Shown piece after piece: positions 20,061 to 30,578 of a DNA stretch of 64,000 nucleotides. The notes below the pieces were generated by a model. The model worked only from the letters and a program-made list of their open reading frames with translations, had not been told where the DNA came from and ran no database searches. Within the stretch, counting starts at the first letter, position 1; every line of letters begins with the position of its first letter. The DNA comes from Escherichia coli (GTDB lineage Bacteria > Pseudomonadota > Gammaproteobacteria > Enterobacterales > Enterobacteriaceae): assembly GCF_002854065.1 (NCBI RefSeq), contig NZ_CP024147.1; one strand, written 5' to 3'. Position numbers and translations under genes: made by a program.

Positions 20061-20128
20061 GATTACTCCGCTACTCCGGTCATTCACACTCAACTAACGT
20101 TAAGCCAGTCCATCGCAGAGACTGGCTT

Positions 20129-20458
20129 ATGAAACCTTACTCCACGCTTTTTCTTTTCACCCTGCTCACGCTGACCACCGTACCGGCCCAGGCCGATATT
20201 ATCGACGACACCATTGGCAATATTCAGCAGGCGATTAACGATGCTTATAACCCTGACCGTGGGCGAGACTATGAAGATTCGCGCGACGACGGCTGGCAGC
20301 GTGAAGTGAGCGACGATCGGCGCAGACAATATGACGACCGCCGCCGCCAGTTTGAAGATCGTCGCAGGCAACTGGACGATCGCCAGCGCCAGCTTGATCA
20401 GGAGCGTCGGCAGCTGGAGGATGAAGAGCGGAGAATGGAAGATGAGTATGGGCGATGA
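20129..20458 (+). CDS. yjdP: Small secreted protein with R/D/E/Q-rich repeats (109 aa)
   Basis: Signal peptide MKPYSTLFLFTLLTLTTVPAQA then DDRRRQ-type repeats. Confidence 0.75.
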   Translation: MKPYSTLFLFTLLTLTTVPAQADIIDDTIGNIQQAINDAYNPDRGRDYEDSRDDGWQREVSDDRRRQYDDRRRQFEDRRRQLDDRQRQLDQERRQLEDEERRMEDEYGR

Positions 20459-20481
20459 TGTTGGGTATGGAGCAGGCATTG

Positions 20482-20530
20482 CCCCTCACCCCGGCCCTCG
20501 CCCCTCTGGGGAGAGGGTTAGGGTGAGGGG
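20482..20530. repeat. GC-rich nested palindromic intergenic repeat (boxC-like) between convergent yjdP and phnP
   Basis: cccctcaccc...gggtgagggg outer inverted repeat with inner ccctct-gggg-agaggg; a related copy at 47710-47737. Confidence 0.6.
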
Positions 20531-20553
20531 GCCAGCGCGCACATTCCCTCTCA

Positions 20554-21312
20554 TCACGCCACCCCAATCTCCATCCCATCAAACCCGGCTTCAAACCCCG
20601 GCGGCAGCGCGTTTTCTATCAGCCACGCATCAAACTGGTGGCTGATATGGGTCAGAACCACGCGCGGCGAGCGGATAACCTGATTCAGCGCAAGCACGGT
20701 ATTTAAATCACAGTGATTACGCGGTGCATCCTCGCGCGGCGGGTGGCTGCAATCAATCACTATTACCTGCGGCTGATTATTGAGTAAAAATTTCAGCGTT
20801 TTTTCCGGCAAGCCTGCGGTGTCAGACAGCCACGCCACCCGGCTGTGTGCTGTTTCCAGCAGATAACCGAAGGTCAGTTTTGAGTGGTTGAGCGGCAGCG
20901 GCGTGACCTGCAATCCCTGCAAATCAAACACTACAAACGGTTCCACCGTGTGGCTAAAATCAAGCAGGCCCGGATGTTTAAACAGATCGTCGCAGCCCTG
21001 TTCATCCGGTGGGCCGTAAACCGGGATCGGATCGCCCACGCCCCAGCGCAGCGGGAATAGCCCCTGCACGTGATCCATATGGTAGTGCGTCAGCAAAAAC
21101 TGCTGGAACGAACCGGGCGACCAGCGATCGGCGAGATCGTGCAGCCCGGCGTCGATCAGGGTGATTGCGTCGTTAAACTTTACTACGCCGCTGCACGGCT
21201 GGCGGCGATACTGCGGCGAGCGCCGCGCTCTGGCGCAGGCCGCACACTCGCAGCCCCATGCCGGAACGCCCTGTGCGCCGCCGGTGCCGGTGAGCGTGAG
21301 GGTCAGGTTCAT
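20554..21312 (-). CDS. phnP: Phosphoribosyl 1,2-cyclic phosphate phosphodiesterase (MBL fold)
   Basis: 252 aa, HYHMDH motif; last gene of the phn operon. Confidence 0.9.
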   Translation of the reverse strand: MNLTLTLTGTGGAQGVPAWGCECAACARARRSPQYRRQPCSGVVKFNDAITLIDAGLHDLADRWSPGSFQQFLLTHYHMDHVQGLFPLRWGVGDPIPVYGPPDEQGCDDLFKHPGLLDFSHTVEPFVVFDLQGLQVTPLPLNHSKLTFGYLLETAHSRVAWLSDTAGLPEKTLKFLLNNQPQVIVIDCSHPPREDAPRNHCDLNTVLALNQVIRSPRVVLTHISHQFDAWLIENALPPGFEAGFDGMEIGVA

Positions 21313-21313
21313 G

Positions 21314-21748
21314 TTACAGCGCCTTCGTGAAGCGGAAGTGGCTCTGCTCGTAGCCTTCGCGAAGATAGAAACGGTGTGCGTCGTGGCGCTTCACGTTGGT
21401 CGAAAGCTCGGTCATTTCGGCCCCGGCCTGGCGGGCTTCTTCTTCTGCCCACGCCAGTAACTTGCTACCGACGTTCAGGCCGCGCGCCTGCGGCATCACC
21501 ACCAGTTCCTGAATTTCACCGATCCAGTTGACATGATGCAGATGAAACTGCAAATGCAGGCCGATCATGCCGACAACTTCGCCATCCAGCAGCGCCAAAT
21601 GGTAGCGCATGTTCGGGTCACGTAGGTTAGCGTTAAAGCCCACGCGAAACGCGTGATGGTCAAACTCCGCCTGTTTTAGCTCACAAATCAGCGCGTAAAC
21701 CGCGTCGGTGTCGTACTGCGTGGCCGGGCGAAGCTCACAAGCAGGCAT
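21314..21748 (-). CDS. phnO: Aminoalkylphosphonate N-acetyltransferase (GNAT)
   Basis: 144 aa, GNAT motifs; operon position. Confidence 0.88.
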
Positions 21749-22292
21749 GGTGTTTCTCCTTCTGATGGATCAGCGTCAGCAGCGTGTCGACCGACTGGCG
21801 CAGGCTGCCGTCATTATTGAGCGTATGGCAATCCTGTGGAGTATAGCGGGCGGCGCGCACCAGCCGGGCGTTAATTTCACTGGCGTTTTCGCGGCCACGG
21901 TTTTCCAGGCGCTGGCGCAGGATCTCCGGCGAAACCTGCAAGCAAATGGGCAGCAGCGCCGATTGATAGCGCGCCCGCGCCTGCGGCAAATGGGCGCGTG
22001 AGCCGTTGACCAGCACGTCGAATCCGGCGTGCAGCCAGAGGTCGATCTCGACGCCGACGCCATAATACAGACCGTTGGCGTGCCAGCTTAAGGCCAGCAG
22101 ATTTTGCCCCGCGCGGGTAAAAAACTCCTGCTCACTCAGGGCGATATGGTTTTCGCTTCCAGCGCTGGCATCGCGCGTGATGTAGCGATGCGCCACCAGT
22201 AACTGAGTTTGTTCCCGCAGGCGGAGTTCCGCCAGCAGGCTATCTTTCCCGGAGCCGGACGGCCCCATTAACCAAATCAGTTTTCCCGTCAT
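21735..22292 (-). CDS. phnN: Ribose 1,5-bisphosphate phosphokinase
   Basis: 185 aa, P-loop [10 protein letters not shown]; overlaps phnO by 14 nt. Confidence 0.88.
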
Positions 22293-23428
22293 CAGAACAC
22301 CCTTTTACCCTGACGCCAGACGTGGTCGATATGAATGTGGTTGCCCTTGCGATGCGCCAGCACCAGGTCGGCGCGTTTGCCCTCGCCAATCACCCCGCGA
22401 TCCTGGAGATTGAGCGCCTGCGCCGGATTTTTGGTCACCAGCTTCACCGCCTGCGGCAGCGTAAAGCGGTTGCTCTCGTCATCGGCGACGCGGAACGCCG
22501 CATCCAGCAGGCTGGCGGGGTAGTAGTCGGAAGAGAGGATATCCAGCAGGCCAAGCTGCGCCAGTTCACTGGCCGCCACGTTGCCGGAGTGCGAACCGCC
22601 ACGCACGATATTTGGCGCGCCCATCAGCACGTTCATGCCATGCTTGCGCGAGGCTTCCGCCGCTTCGAACGTAGTGGGAAATTCGGCGATCACGCTGCCA
22701 AGCTGGTGGGATTCGGCAACATGGGCGTGGGTGGCGTCATCGTGGCTGGCGAGCGCAATGTGTCGCGCACGGCACATTGCGGCGATGGATTCGCGATTTG
22801 GCTGCGACCAGCGTGCAGCAAGCGCCAGCTGTTCCTCTTCATACTGCTGCATCTGCGCGTCGGTGAGCGAGTATTTGCCCTGATAATATTCGCGATACTT
22901 CTCGCGGTTGGCGAACTGGCGCTGGCCCGGTGAGTGGTCCATCAGCGACACCAGCGTCACCGGCTCGCGCTGCACCAGTTTTTCAAACAGCGGCAGCGTG
23001 GTGTGATGCGGCAGTTCGCAGCGCAGATGCAGACGGTGCTCGGCGCGGTTGACGCCGCGTTTCTGCGTCTCTTCGATGGCGTTGATCATCTTCTCCAGAT
23101 TCTCCAGCCGATCGCCGCCGTCGCGCACGTCGCCAATTGCCACGGCGTCCAGTACGGTGGTGATGCCGCTCGCCACCATCAGCGCGTCGTGGCTGCTCAT
23201 CGCCGAGTGGGCAGGCCAGTCAACTTTCGGGCGCGGGGTGAAGAATTTATCCAGATTATCGGTATGCAGCTCAATCAGCCCCGGCAGCAGCCAGCCGCCT
23301 TCGCCGTCCATCGCCTCCGGTAGGCGGCTCTGGCTTTCGGCAAAGGCGCGGATTTCGCCGTCCTGCATCTCCAGCGAACCGTTTACCACTTCGTTTTCCA
23401 GCACCAGTTTGACGTTATTGATAATCAT
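22292..23428 (-). CDS. phnM: Amidohydrolase-family C-P lyase pathway diphosphatase
   Basis: 378 aa; operon position. Confidence 0.88.
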   Translation of the reverse strand: MIINNVKLVLENEVVNGSLEMQDGEIRAFAESQSRLPEAMDGEGGWLLPGLIELHTDNLDKFFTPRPKVDWPAHSAMSSHDALMVASGITTVLDAVAIGDVRDGGDRLENLEKMINAIEETQKRGVNRAEHRLHLRCELPHHTTLPLFEKLVQREPVTLVSLMDHSPGQRQFANREKYREYYQGKYSLTDAQMQQYEEEQLALAARWSQPNRESIAAMCRARHIALASHDDATHAHVAESHQLGSVIAEFPTTFEAAEASRKHGMNVLMGAPNIVRGGSHSGNVAASELAQLGLLDILSSDYYPASLLDAAFRVADDESNRFTLPQAVKLVTKNPAQALNLQDRGVIGEGKRADLVLAHRKGNHIHIDHVWRQGKRVF

Positions 23429-24105
23429 GCAGAGGCTCCCATTGGGTGCAGGCGGTCGGCGACGTCATTGCGTACGGCTTCGTCATGGAAAATGCCGACG
23501 ATGGCCGCGCCACGGGCTTTTGCTTCGCGGATCAGTTCCACTACGGCGGCGCTGTTTTTAGCGTCCAGCGAGGCGGTAGGTTCGTCGAGCAGCAGAATGG
23601 GGTAGTCGACGATAAAGCCGCGGGCGATGTTGACGCGCTGCTGTTCGCCGCCGGAGAAGGTCGATGGCGCCAGGTGCCACAGGCGTTCCGGCACGTTCAG
23701 GCGGGTGAGCAGACGCGCGGCTTTAGCGGCGCAGGCTTCACGCGGTACGCCGGTATCGAGCAGCGGCTGCATCACCACTTCCAGTGCTGAAATACGCGGG
23801 ATGACGCGCAGAAACTGGCTCACCCAGCCGACGGTGGTTTTGCGGATCTCCACCACTTTGCGCGCTGGCGCGGTGACCAGGTCAACCCATTCGTCGCCGT
23901 GTTTGATCTGGATTTGCCCTTCGTCGGGCAGATAGTTGGCGTACAGCGAGCGCAGCAGGGTTGATTTGCCGCTGCCGGAGTGGCCGTGGAGCACCACGCA
24001 TTCGCCCGCGTTGACGGTGAGTGAGGCGCGTTGTAAGACGGGCAGGCGCACGCCGTTTTGCTGATGCAGGATGAAGGTTTTACTGACGTTTTGTACGTTA
24101 ATCAT
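23425..24105 (-). CDS. phnL: ABC-type ATPase component of C-P lyase system (226 aa from [11 protein letters not shown])
   Basis: Walker [26 protein letters not shown]; track ORF extends further upstream through the REP element and is trimmed to the conserved start. Confidence 0.85.
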   Translation of the reverse strand: MINVQNVSKTFILHQQNGVRLPVLQRASLTVNAGECVVLHGHSGSGKSTLLRSLYANYLPDEGQIQIKHGDEWVDLVTAPARKVVEIRKTTVGWVSQFLRVIPRISALEVVMQPLLDTGVPREACAAKAARLLTRLNVPERLWHLAPSTFSGGEQQRVNIARGFIVDYPILLLDEPTASLDAKNSAAVVELIREAKARGAAIVGIFHDEAVRNDVADRLHPMGASA

Positions 24106-24124
24106 TTTTCGCCTCGTGGTTCGG

Positions 24125-24212
<88 letters not shown>

Positions 24213-24215
24213 GGC

Positions 24216-24974
24216 TCAATTCTGCAAAACCGATGACACCAGCAGCTGTGTATACGGATGGTGCGGGTCGTCGAGCACGCGGTCGGTTAACCCACTCTCC
24301 ACCACCTGCCCCTGCTTCATCACCAGCAAACGGTCCGCCAGCAGGCGGGCGACGCCTAAATCGTGGGTGACAATCACTACCGCGAGGTTCAGCTCCACCA
24401 CCAGGCCGCGCAGCAGGTCGAGCAGGCGGGCCTGCACCGACACATCCAGCCCGCCGGTTGGTTCGTCCATAAACACCAGCTTCGGATGCGTCACCAGGTT
24501 GCGGGCAATCTGCAAACGCTGCTGCATGCCGCCGGAAAAGGTGGTCGGCAGGTCGTCGATCCGGTTGGCGGGAATTTCCACCTCTTCCAGCCACTTCTGC
24601 GCGGTGGCGCGAATGTCGCCGTAATGACGCGCCCCGGTCGCCATCAGCCGCTCGCCGATATTGCCGCCTGCCGACACCTGGCGGCGCAGGCCGTCGAGCG
24701 GATGCTGATGCACTACGCCCCATTCGGTGCGCAGCAGGCGACGGCGGTCGGCCTCGCTCATGCCATAGAGGGAACGGTTTTCATAGTGAATCTCCCCCTG
24801 CTGCGGCGTCAGACGCGCGGAAATTGATTTCAGCAGCGTGGTCTTCCCGGAGCCGGATTCCCCGACAATGCCCAGCACTTCCCCCGGCCATAAATCAAAA
24901 GAGACATCGCTAAAGCCTTTGCCCGGCGCGTAAAGGTGGGTCAGGTTATTGACCGAAAGTAACGGTTGATTCAT
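24216..24974 (-). CDS. phnK: ABC-type ATPase component of C-P lyase system (252 aa from MNQPLLSV)
   Basis: Walker [29 protein letters not shown]. Confidence 0.88.
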   Translation of the reverse strand: MNQPLLSVNNLTHLYAPGKGFSDVSFDLWPGEVLGIVGESGSGKTTLLKSISARLTPQQGEIHYENRSLYGMSEADRRRLLRTEWGVVHQHPLDGLRRQVSAGGNIGERLMATGARHYGDIRATAQKWLEEVEIPANRIDDLPTTFSGGMQQRLQIARNLVTHPKLVFMDEPTGGLDVSVQARLLDLLRGLVVELNLAVVIVTHDLGVARLLADRLLVMKQGQVVESGLTDRVLDDPHHPYTQLLVSSVLQN

Positions 24975-25816
24975 TGGCTTTTTGCCTCGCTCTGTTGGCG
25001 GCAATAATCGGTATCGGAGCAGACAAACATGCGGTTTCCGGCGTCATCCAGCACCACTTCGTCGAGATAGCTGTGGGTCGATCCGCAGATGGCGCATGGC
25101 TCATCCCACTGCTGAACGGTGAACGGGTAATCGTCGAAATCGAGGCTTTCCACGCGGGTAAACGGCGGCACCGCATAAATACGCTTCTCGCGCCCCGCGC
25201 CGAACAGTTGCAGGGCGGGCATCATGTCCATTTTCGGGTTATCGAATTTCGGGATCGGCGACGGGTCCATCACGTAGCGCCCATTTACCTTCACCGGATA
25301 GGCGTAGGTGGTGGCGATATGACCGAAGCGGGCGATATCTTCATACAGCTTCACCTGCATCACGCCGTACTCCTCCAGCGCGTGCATGGTGCGGGTTTCC
25401 GTTTCGCGCGGCTCGATAAAGCGCAGTGGTTCGGGGATCGGCACCTGGAAGATAATTATCTGATCTTCGGTCAGCGGCGTTTCCGGGATGCGGTGACGCG
25501 TCTGGATGACCGTGGCATCGTCCGTACGCTCGGTGGTGTTTACCCCGGTCACGCGCTTAAAGAAGTTGCGAATCGATACGGCGTTGGTGGTGTCATCCGC
25601 GCCCTGGTCAATCACCTTCAGCACGTCGCTTTCGCCAATCACGCTGGCGGTGAGCTGGATACCACCGGTTCCCCAGCCGTACGGCATTGGCATCTCGCGC
25701 CCGCCAAACGGCACCTGATAACCGGGGATCGCCACCGCTTTTAAGATGGCGCGGCGGATCATGCGTTTGGTCTGCTCGTCGAGGTAGGCAAAGTTGTAGC
25801 CGCTCAGATTAGCCAT
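24971..25816 (-). CDS. phnJ: C-P lyase catalytic subunit (281 aa from MANLSGYNFAYLDE)
   Basis: Conserved Cys cluster near C-terminus (CAICGS...CSDTDYC); start trimmed from the longer track ORF. Confidence 0.88.
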   Translation of the reverse strand: MANLSGYNFAYLDEQTKRMIRRAILKAVAIPGYQVPFGGREMPMPYGWGTGGIQLTASVIGESDVLKVIDQGADDTTNAVSIRNFFKRVTGVNTTERTDDATVIQTRHRIPETPLTEDQIIIFQVPIPEPLRFIEPRETETRTMHALEEYGVMQVKLYEDIARFGHIATTYAYPVKVNGRYVMDPSPIPKFDNPKMDMMPALQLFGAGREKRIYAVPPFTRVESLDFDDYPFTVQQWDEPCAICGSTHSYLDEVVLDDAGNRMFVCSDTDYCRQQSEAKSQ

Positions 25817-26873
25817 GGTTCTGCTCCTGTTGCAGACGTTTGAGTAGCTCCAGTTCGGCCTGGAAATCGACGTAGTGCGGGAGTTTGAGGTGTGAGACAA
25901 AGCCTGCGGCTTCGACGTTGTCGGCATGTGCCAGCACGAACTCTTCATCCTGCGCCGGGCCTGTCGCGTGCTCGCCGTACTCCGGGGCTTGCAGAGCACG
26001 GTCAACCAGCGCCATCGCCATCGCTTTGCGCTCGCTCATGCCGAATACCAGCCCGTAGCCGCGCGTGAAGTGCGGCGGTTCATCTGGTGGGTCGATAAAA
26101 CCGTTGACCATTTCACACTCGGTCATCAGCAGTTCGCCGACGTTTACCGCAAATCCCAGCTCTTCTGGCACAATCGATACGTCGATATAGCCGCTGCGGA
26201 TCTCGCCTGCGAACGGGTGGTTGCGCCCGTAGCCGCGTTGGGTGGAGTAGGCCAGCGCCAGCAGATAGCCTTCGTCGCCGCGCATCAACTGCTGCAAACG
26301 GGAAGAACGTGAGCAGGGGTAAACCGGCGGCGTGCGGGTGATGTCATCCGGCTGTGCGCCGCTATCCTCTTCAAACTTCGCCAGCCCCTGACGCGCCAGC
26401 AGGCTGAAAACGTGCGGCGACGGCTGTTGTTCGCTGTCGGCGGTGGTCAGCGTCGGCGCTTCGCCGTTTGCCAGCAGGGTGAAATCGAGCAGGCGATGGG
26501 TGTAGTCGTAGGTTGGGCCAAGCAACTGGCCGCCGGGAATATCTTTATAAACCGCTGAAATACGCCGTTCGAGACGCATCTCCGTGGTGTCGAGCGGCTC
26601 GCTTACCGCGAGTTTCGCCAGCGTGGTGCGGTAGGCGCGCAGCAGGAAAATTGCTTCGACGTTATCGCCGCTGGCCTGTTTCAGCGCCAGCGCCGCCAGT
26701 TCGCGGTCGGCAATGCCGCCTTCGGTCATCACGCGATCCACCGCAAGATTAAGTTGCTGTTCAATCTGGGCGACGCTCAGTTCAGGCAAATCGGTATCGC
26801 CCCGGCGTCGGCTCTCTTGCAGGGCGTGGGCGGCATCGATCGCCTTCTCGCCCCCTTTCACGGCAACGTACAT
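25809..26873 (-). CDS. phnI: C-P lyase core complex subunit (354 aa from [13 protein letters not shown])
   Basis: Operon position and length; start trimmed from track ORF. Confidence 0.88.
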   Translation of the reverse strand: MYVAVKGGEKAIDAAHALQESRRRGDTDLPELSVAQIEQQLNLAVDRVMTEGGIADRELAALALKQASGDNVEAIFLLRAYRTTLAKLAVSEPLDTTEMRLERRISAVYKDIPGGQLLGPTYDYTHRLLDFTLLANGEAPTLTTADSEQQPSPHVFSLLARQGLAKFEEDSGAQPDDITRTPPVYPCSRSSRLQQLMRGDEGYLLALAYSTQRGYGRNHPFAGEIRSGYIDVSIVPEELGFAVNVGELLMTECEMVNGFIDPPDEPPHFTRGYGLVFGMSERKAMAMALVDRALQAPEYGEHATGPAQDEEFVLAHADNVEAAGFVSHLKLPHYVDFQAELELLKRLQQEQNHG

Positions 26874-27457
26874 CAGCACACCTCCACATGAGTGGTTCGG
26901 GGGATAGCCAGCAGGCGCTCGCCGCAGGTCAGGATCAGGTCGATGCCGAGCGGGAACGGGTGCGGGCGCTCGGTGAGTTCGTGCAAAATGCACTCCGGCA
27001 GCTGCGGGGCGATCATTCGTTCTTCGGCAATGCCCGCGCCGGTGAGACGCAACATGCGCCCGCCGCTAAGGCTGGCGACCTGTAAAATCAGCGTTGCGCC
27101 CGCTTCCGGCGCAACGGCGGTGCCGGTGGAAAGGGCGTTAAGCTGTTCGCTGGAAATCGCCTCATCCGTTACCGCGAAGGTCGCCTGTTCCGGCTGGCTG
27201 ACCAGCGGCGCGTTGGTATGAAAACGCAGGCTCTGGCTGACGATATCGTTGCTTAATGGCGCGGCAAGCCACACCGGCGTGTCGTTATCGGCCAGCGTCA
27301 GCAGCACGCTGGTGGTGGCGATATTCAGCGGCTGCCAGCCGCGTTTGAGCTGATGCAGGGCGACAATCACGCCCGGCTCGCTCATGGCCTTTAACAGGCG
27401 ACGAAAACTGTGCTGGGCATCCTGCACGGGAAGAATAAAAGCGGTTTCCAGGGTCAT
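26873..27457 (-). CDS. phnH: C-P lyase core complex subunit
   Basis: 194 aa; operon position. Confidence 0.88.
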   Translation of the reverse strand: MTLETAFILPVQDAQHSFRRLLKAMSEPGVIVALHQLKRGWQPLNIATTSVLLTLADNDTPVWLAAPLSNDIVSQSLRFHTNAPLVSQPEQATFAVTDEAISSEQLNALSTGTAVAPEAGATLILQVASLSGGRMLRLTGAGIAEERMIAPQLPECILHELTERPHPFPLGIDLILTCGERLLAIPRTTHVEVC

Positions 27458-27906
27458 GCGTTGTCTCCGCGAACCATCGTAAAGAAGTCGACCCGGCTGG
27501 CGTTCACTTCGGCCTGGCGTGCGGCAATGCGTGCCATACGGTCAGCGTCCAGCGGGGCAATAAGGATTTCTGATAAGTTTTGAAAGTGGCGAGATTGCTG
27601 CATCAGCGCGTCAATCAGCGCGCAGCGTTCGGCGTGCTGTTTGTCGCGCCCTAGCACCCAGCTGTAGCCGAGCGTGCCGTCAGTCAGGCGTACGGCGGCG
27701 CGGGTGAGCGTGGCGTCGCCGGCAAAAAAGCGTTCGCCGGTGCCGCCCATCCGCGCCTGAATCTGTACCAGGCCAGTTTCAGCGGCGCGGATCACCTCAT
27801 AGTTGGCGGTGATGTTCAGCGCGTTCAGGCGGGCTGCCAGTTCTGCCGGTTGGCTGTGTGCCAGTACGGACATCCAGTGCTGGCGGGTCGCGGTATCTGC
27901 GTGCAT
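27454..27906 (-). CDS. phnG: C-P lyase core complex subunit
   Basis: 150 aa; operon position. Confidence 0.88.
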   Translation of the reverse strand: MHADTATRQHWMSVLAHSQPAELAARLNALNITANYEVIRAAETGLVQIQARMGGTGERFFAGDATLTRAAVRLTDGTLGYSWVLGRDKQHAERCALIDALMQQSRHFQNLSEILIAPLDADRMARIAARQAEVNASRVDFFTMVRGDNA

Positions 27907-28632
27907 TCAGTGCTCCATAGTAAATTCAATCATGTCGGCGCGCGTCAGGCTGACGGAGTACTCCGCCGGGCTGCTTTCACCGTCACGGTGGTTAAGGGTG
28001 CGCACGCACAGCAGCGGCGACATATTCGGAATTTCAAGACGCTGGCACTCTTTGGCCTGGGCGCGGCGGGCGCTGATCCGCGTCTGGCTGCGGCGCAGCG
28101 CAATTCCGGTTTGCTCGCGCAGAAAATCGTGCAGCGAGCCGCTGTCGAAGCGTTGCAGCGTCGGCCAGAGGGTGAGATCCGCGAAGTAGTGGTCAATCAA
28201 ACAGAGCGCGACGCCGTTGACCCGGCGCAGGGTGCGCAGGTGGATAACGTTCTCACCCCCGGCGATCCCCAGCGCATCCGCCACGTGACCGGAAGCCGGG
28301 CGCAGCACCGACAGCAGTTTTTCGCTGGTGGGATGGCTGCCCTGGTCCAGCAGGTTCTGGCTAAAACGCGCCTGGGCGTTGAGCGGGTAATCGAACGGGC
28401 GCATCAGCACCAGCACGCCGACGCCCTGACGGCGCTGTACCCAGCCTTTTTCCACCAGTTGGTCGATGGCGCGGCGCAGGGTGTGGCGATTTACCTCAAA
28501 GCGCGCCGCCAGCTGCTGCTCGGCGGGAAGATAGTCGCCGCAGCGGTAGTGTTGACGCAGCTCCTGCTCAAGTTTTGCGGCTATCTCCTGATAGCGTGTT
28601 GGGTAGCTGGTCGGATGTGTAGACAAGTGCAT
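27907..28632 (-). CDS. phnF: GntR-family transcriptional regulator of phn operon (241 aa from MHLSTHPTSY)
   Basis: N-terminal winged HTH, UTRA-like C-terminal domain. Confidence 0.85.
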   Translation of the reverse strand: MHLSTHPTSYPTRYQEIAAKLEQELRQHYRCGDYLPAEQQLAARFEVNRHTLRRAIDQLVEKGWVQRRQGVGVLVLMRPFDYPLNAQARFSQNLLDQGSHPTSEKLLSVLRPASGHVADALGIAGGENVIHLRTLRRVNGVALCLIDHYFADLTLWPTLQRFDSGSLHDFLREQTGIALRRSQTRISARRAQAKECQRLEIPNMSPLLCVRTLNHRDGESSPAEYSVSLTRADMIEFTMEH

Positions 28633-28652
28633 AGATATCAATGCCTCGCTTA

Positions 28653-29432
28653 TCAGATAAAGTGCTTACGCAACCGTTGAGAGAGGAAATCCAGCAGGCT
28701 GACCGTGACGATAATCAGCACCATCAGGGCGCAGGTTTGCTGGAACTGGAAACCGCGAATCGCTTCCCACAGGGTGACGCCGATCCCGCCTGCGCCGACC
28801 ATGCCGACGACGGTCGCCGAGCGGACGTTGGATTCGAAACGATAGAGGGAGTAGGAGATCAGCAGCGGCATCACCTGTGGCAGCACGCCGTAGAGGATCT
28901 CTTCGAGCTTGTTGGCACCGGTGGCGCGAATGCGTTCCACCGGGCCGGGTTCAATCGCTTCCACCGCTTCGGAAAGCAGCTTGGAGAGCACGCCGGTGGT
29001 GTGGATAAACAGCGCCAGCACGCCAGCGAATGGGCCGAGGCCGACGGCGACCACGAACAGCATGGCGAAGACCATTTCGTTAATGGCGCGGCAGGCATCC
29101 ATCAGGCGGCGAACGGGCTGGTAAACCCACCACGGCACCAGGTTTTCGGCGCTCATCAGGCCGAAGGGGATGGAGAGAACCACCGCCAGCGCCGTGCCCC
29201 AGACGGCGATTTGCAGCGTGACGGCCATTTCGGTGAGGTAATCCTGCCACTGGCTGAAATCGGGCGGGAAGAAGTCGGCGGCGAACGTCGCCATGTTGCC
29301 GCCGTCTTTAATCAGCGTGAGCGGGGCCATTTCCGCGCCCTGCCACGAGACAACCAGCACGGCGAGAACAATGGCCCAGCTCAGAAGCGAGAACCAGCTG
29401 CGCTTGGGTGGGGCGATGGTGATGGTTTGCAT
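28653..29432 (-). CDS. phnE: Phosphonate ABC transporter permease, intact 259-aa reading frame
   Basis: Uninterrupted ORF from [12 protein letters not shown] to stop; multiple TM helices. Confidence 0.88.
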   Translation of the reverse strand: MQTITIAPPKRSWFSLLSWAIVLAVLVVSWQGAEMAPLTLIKDGGNMATFAADFFPPDFSQWQDYLTEMAVTLQIAVWGTALAVVLSIPFGLMSAENLVPWWVYQPVRRLMDACRAINEMVFAMLFVVAVGLGPFAGVLALFIHTTGVLSKLLSEAVEAIEPGPVERIRATGANKLEEILYGVLPQVMPLLISYSLYRFESNVRSATVVGMVGAGGIGVTLWEAIRGFQFQQTCALMVLIIVTVSLLDFLSQRLRKHFI

Positions 29433-29455
29433 GTTTGGCTCCGGTCTGTAGGCCG

Positions 29456-29545
29456 GATAAGGTGCTTGCACCGCATCCGGCATCAACGCCTGCACATTGT
29501 CGGATGCGACGCCGGGGCGTCTTATCCGACCTACGATTTACTGCA
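29456..29545. repeat. REP/BIME elements between phnE and phnD
   Basis: gtaggccggataaggtgcttgcaccgcatccggca and gtcggatgcgacgccggggcgtcttatccgacctacg. Confidence 0.85.
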
Positions 29546-30554
29546 CCGCTTTACTCACCGAACTCATCGCGCTTAGCGCGTTGTTCAGGCGGTCCAGGTC
29601 ATCCAGCTGCGCCTGAATGGCGGTGGTTTTCGCGAGCTTGTCCTGCTCATTCAGCCCTTTATTGCCTTTCACGCCCTGCATCTCTTTAAACAGCGCGAGC
29701 TGGCGAATCGGCACCAGTTGCAGGTCGCTGGAGGCGCGGAACGGCGCCCAGCCCAGGCGTTCCAGCACCGCTTTTTCTTCCGGCGTTTTGCCGTAGTTCA
29801 TAAAGAAGTCGTAGATCTTGTCTTTGGTGGTTTCGGAAAGATTCTTGCGCCAGACGATCGGATCGCCTGGGATCAGCGGCGACTTCCAGATCACTTTCAG
29901 TTCTTTCAACTTCTCCGGCGCGGAGGTTTTCAGCTTGTCGAGGTTCTCGGTGTTGTTAGTGGCAACATCCACCTGCTTGTTGGCGACGGCCAGCGCGTTG
30001 GTTTCATGCCCGGCGTTGACGGTGCGCTTGAAGTCGCTGGCGGAGATATTGTTTTTGGCGAAGACGTAGTAGCCGGGGACGAGGAAGCCAGAGGTGGAGT
30101 TAGGATCGCCATTGCCGAAGGTGAGATCTTTCCGCTTCGCCAGCAGATCGCTCAGGTTGTTGATCGGGCTGTCTTTGTTGACGATTAACACGCTCCAGTA
30201 ACCCGGCGATCCATCCGCCGCGACGGTCTGAGCGAAGACCTGACCGTTGGCGCGATCCACTGCTTCCATCGCCGACAGGTTGCCGTACCAGGCGATATCC
30301 ACTTTGTTGAAACGCATTCCCTGGATAATGCCCGCATAGTCCGGGGCAAAGAAGGCGTTGACCTTCACGCCCAGCTTCTTCTCCATATCCTGTAAAAACG
30401 GCGTCCATTGCGGTTTCAGGTTTTGCTGTGATTCCGTTGAAATAATGCCGAAATTCAGCGCCTTTTCCTGCTCTTCGGCGTGTGCCGGGCTTAACAGGGT
30501 GCTGAGGCTGAACATGCTGGTGAAGGCCAGCGAGGCAATTATCTTAGCGTTCAT
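29538..30554 (-). CDS. phnD: Phosphonate ABC transporter periplasmic binding protein
   Basis: 338 aa with signal peptide; operon position. Confidence 0.9.
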   Translation of the reverse strand: MNAKIIASLAFTSMFSLSTLLSPAHAEEQEKALNFGIISTESQQNLKPQWTPFLQDMEKKLGVKVNAFFAPDYAGIIQGMRFNKVDIAWYGNLSAMEAVDRANGQVFAQTVAADGSPGYWSVLIVNKDSPINNLSDLLAKRKDLTFGNGDPNSTSGFLVPGYYVFAKNNISASDFKRTVNAGHETNALAVANKQVDVATNNTENLDKLKTSAPEKLKELKVIWKSPLIPGDPIVWRKNLSETTKDKIYDFFMNYGKTPEEKAVLERLGWAPFRASSDLQLVPIRQLALFKEMQGVKGNKGLNEQDKLAKTTAIQAQLDDLDRLNNALSAMSSVSKAVQ

Positions 30555-30578
30555 TCGTTTTCCTCAATGATGGGGATG

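Noticed and set aside
9894-20128. Island as a mobile element or prophage remnant
   Set aside because: No integrase, transposase, inverted terminal repeats, direct-repeat target duplication or tRNA at the borders; content is metabolic and regulatory
24974-25744. 256-aa plus-strand ORF
   Set aside because: Antisense to phnJ
28641-29576. 311-aa plus-strand ORF
   Set aside because: Antisense to phnE and running through a REP element; composition-driven artefact
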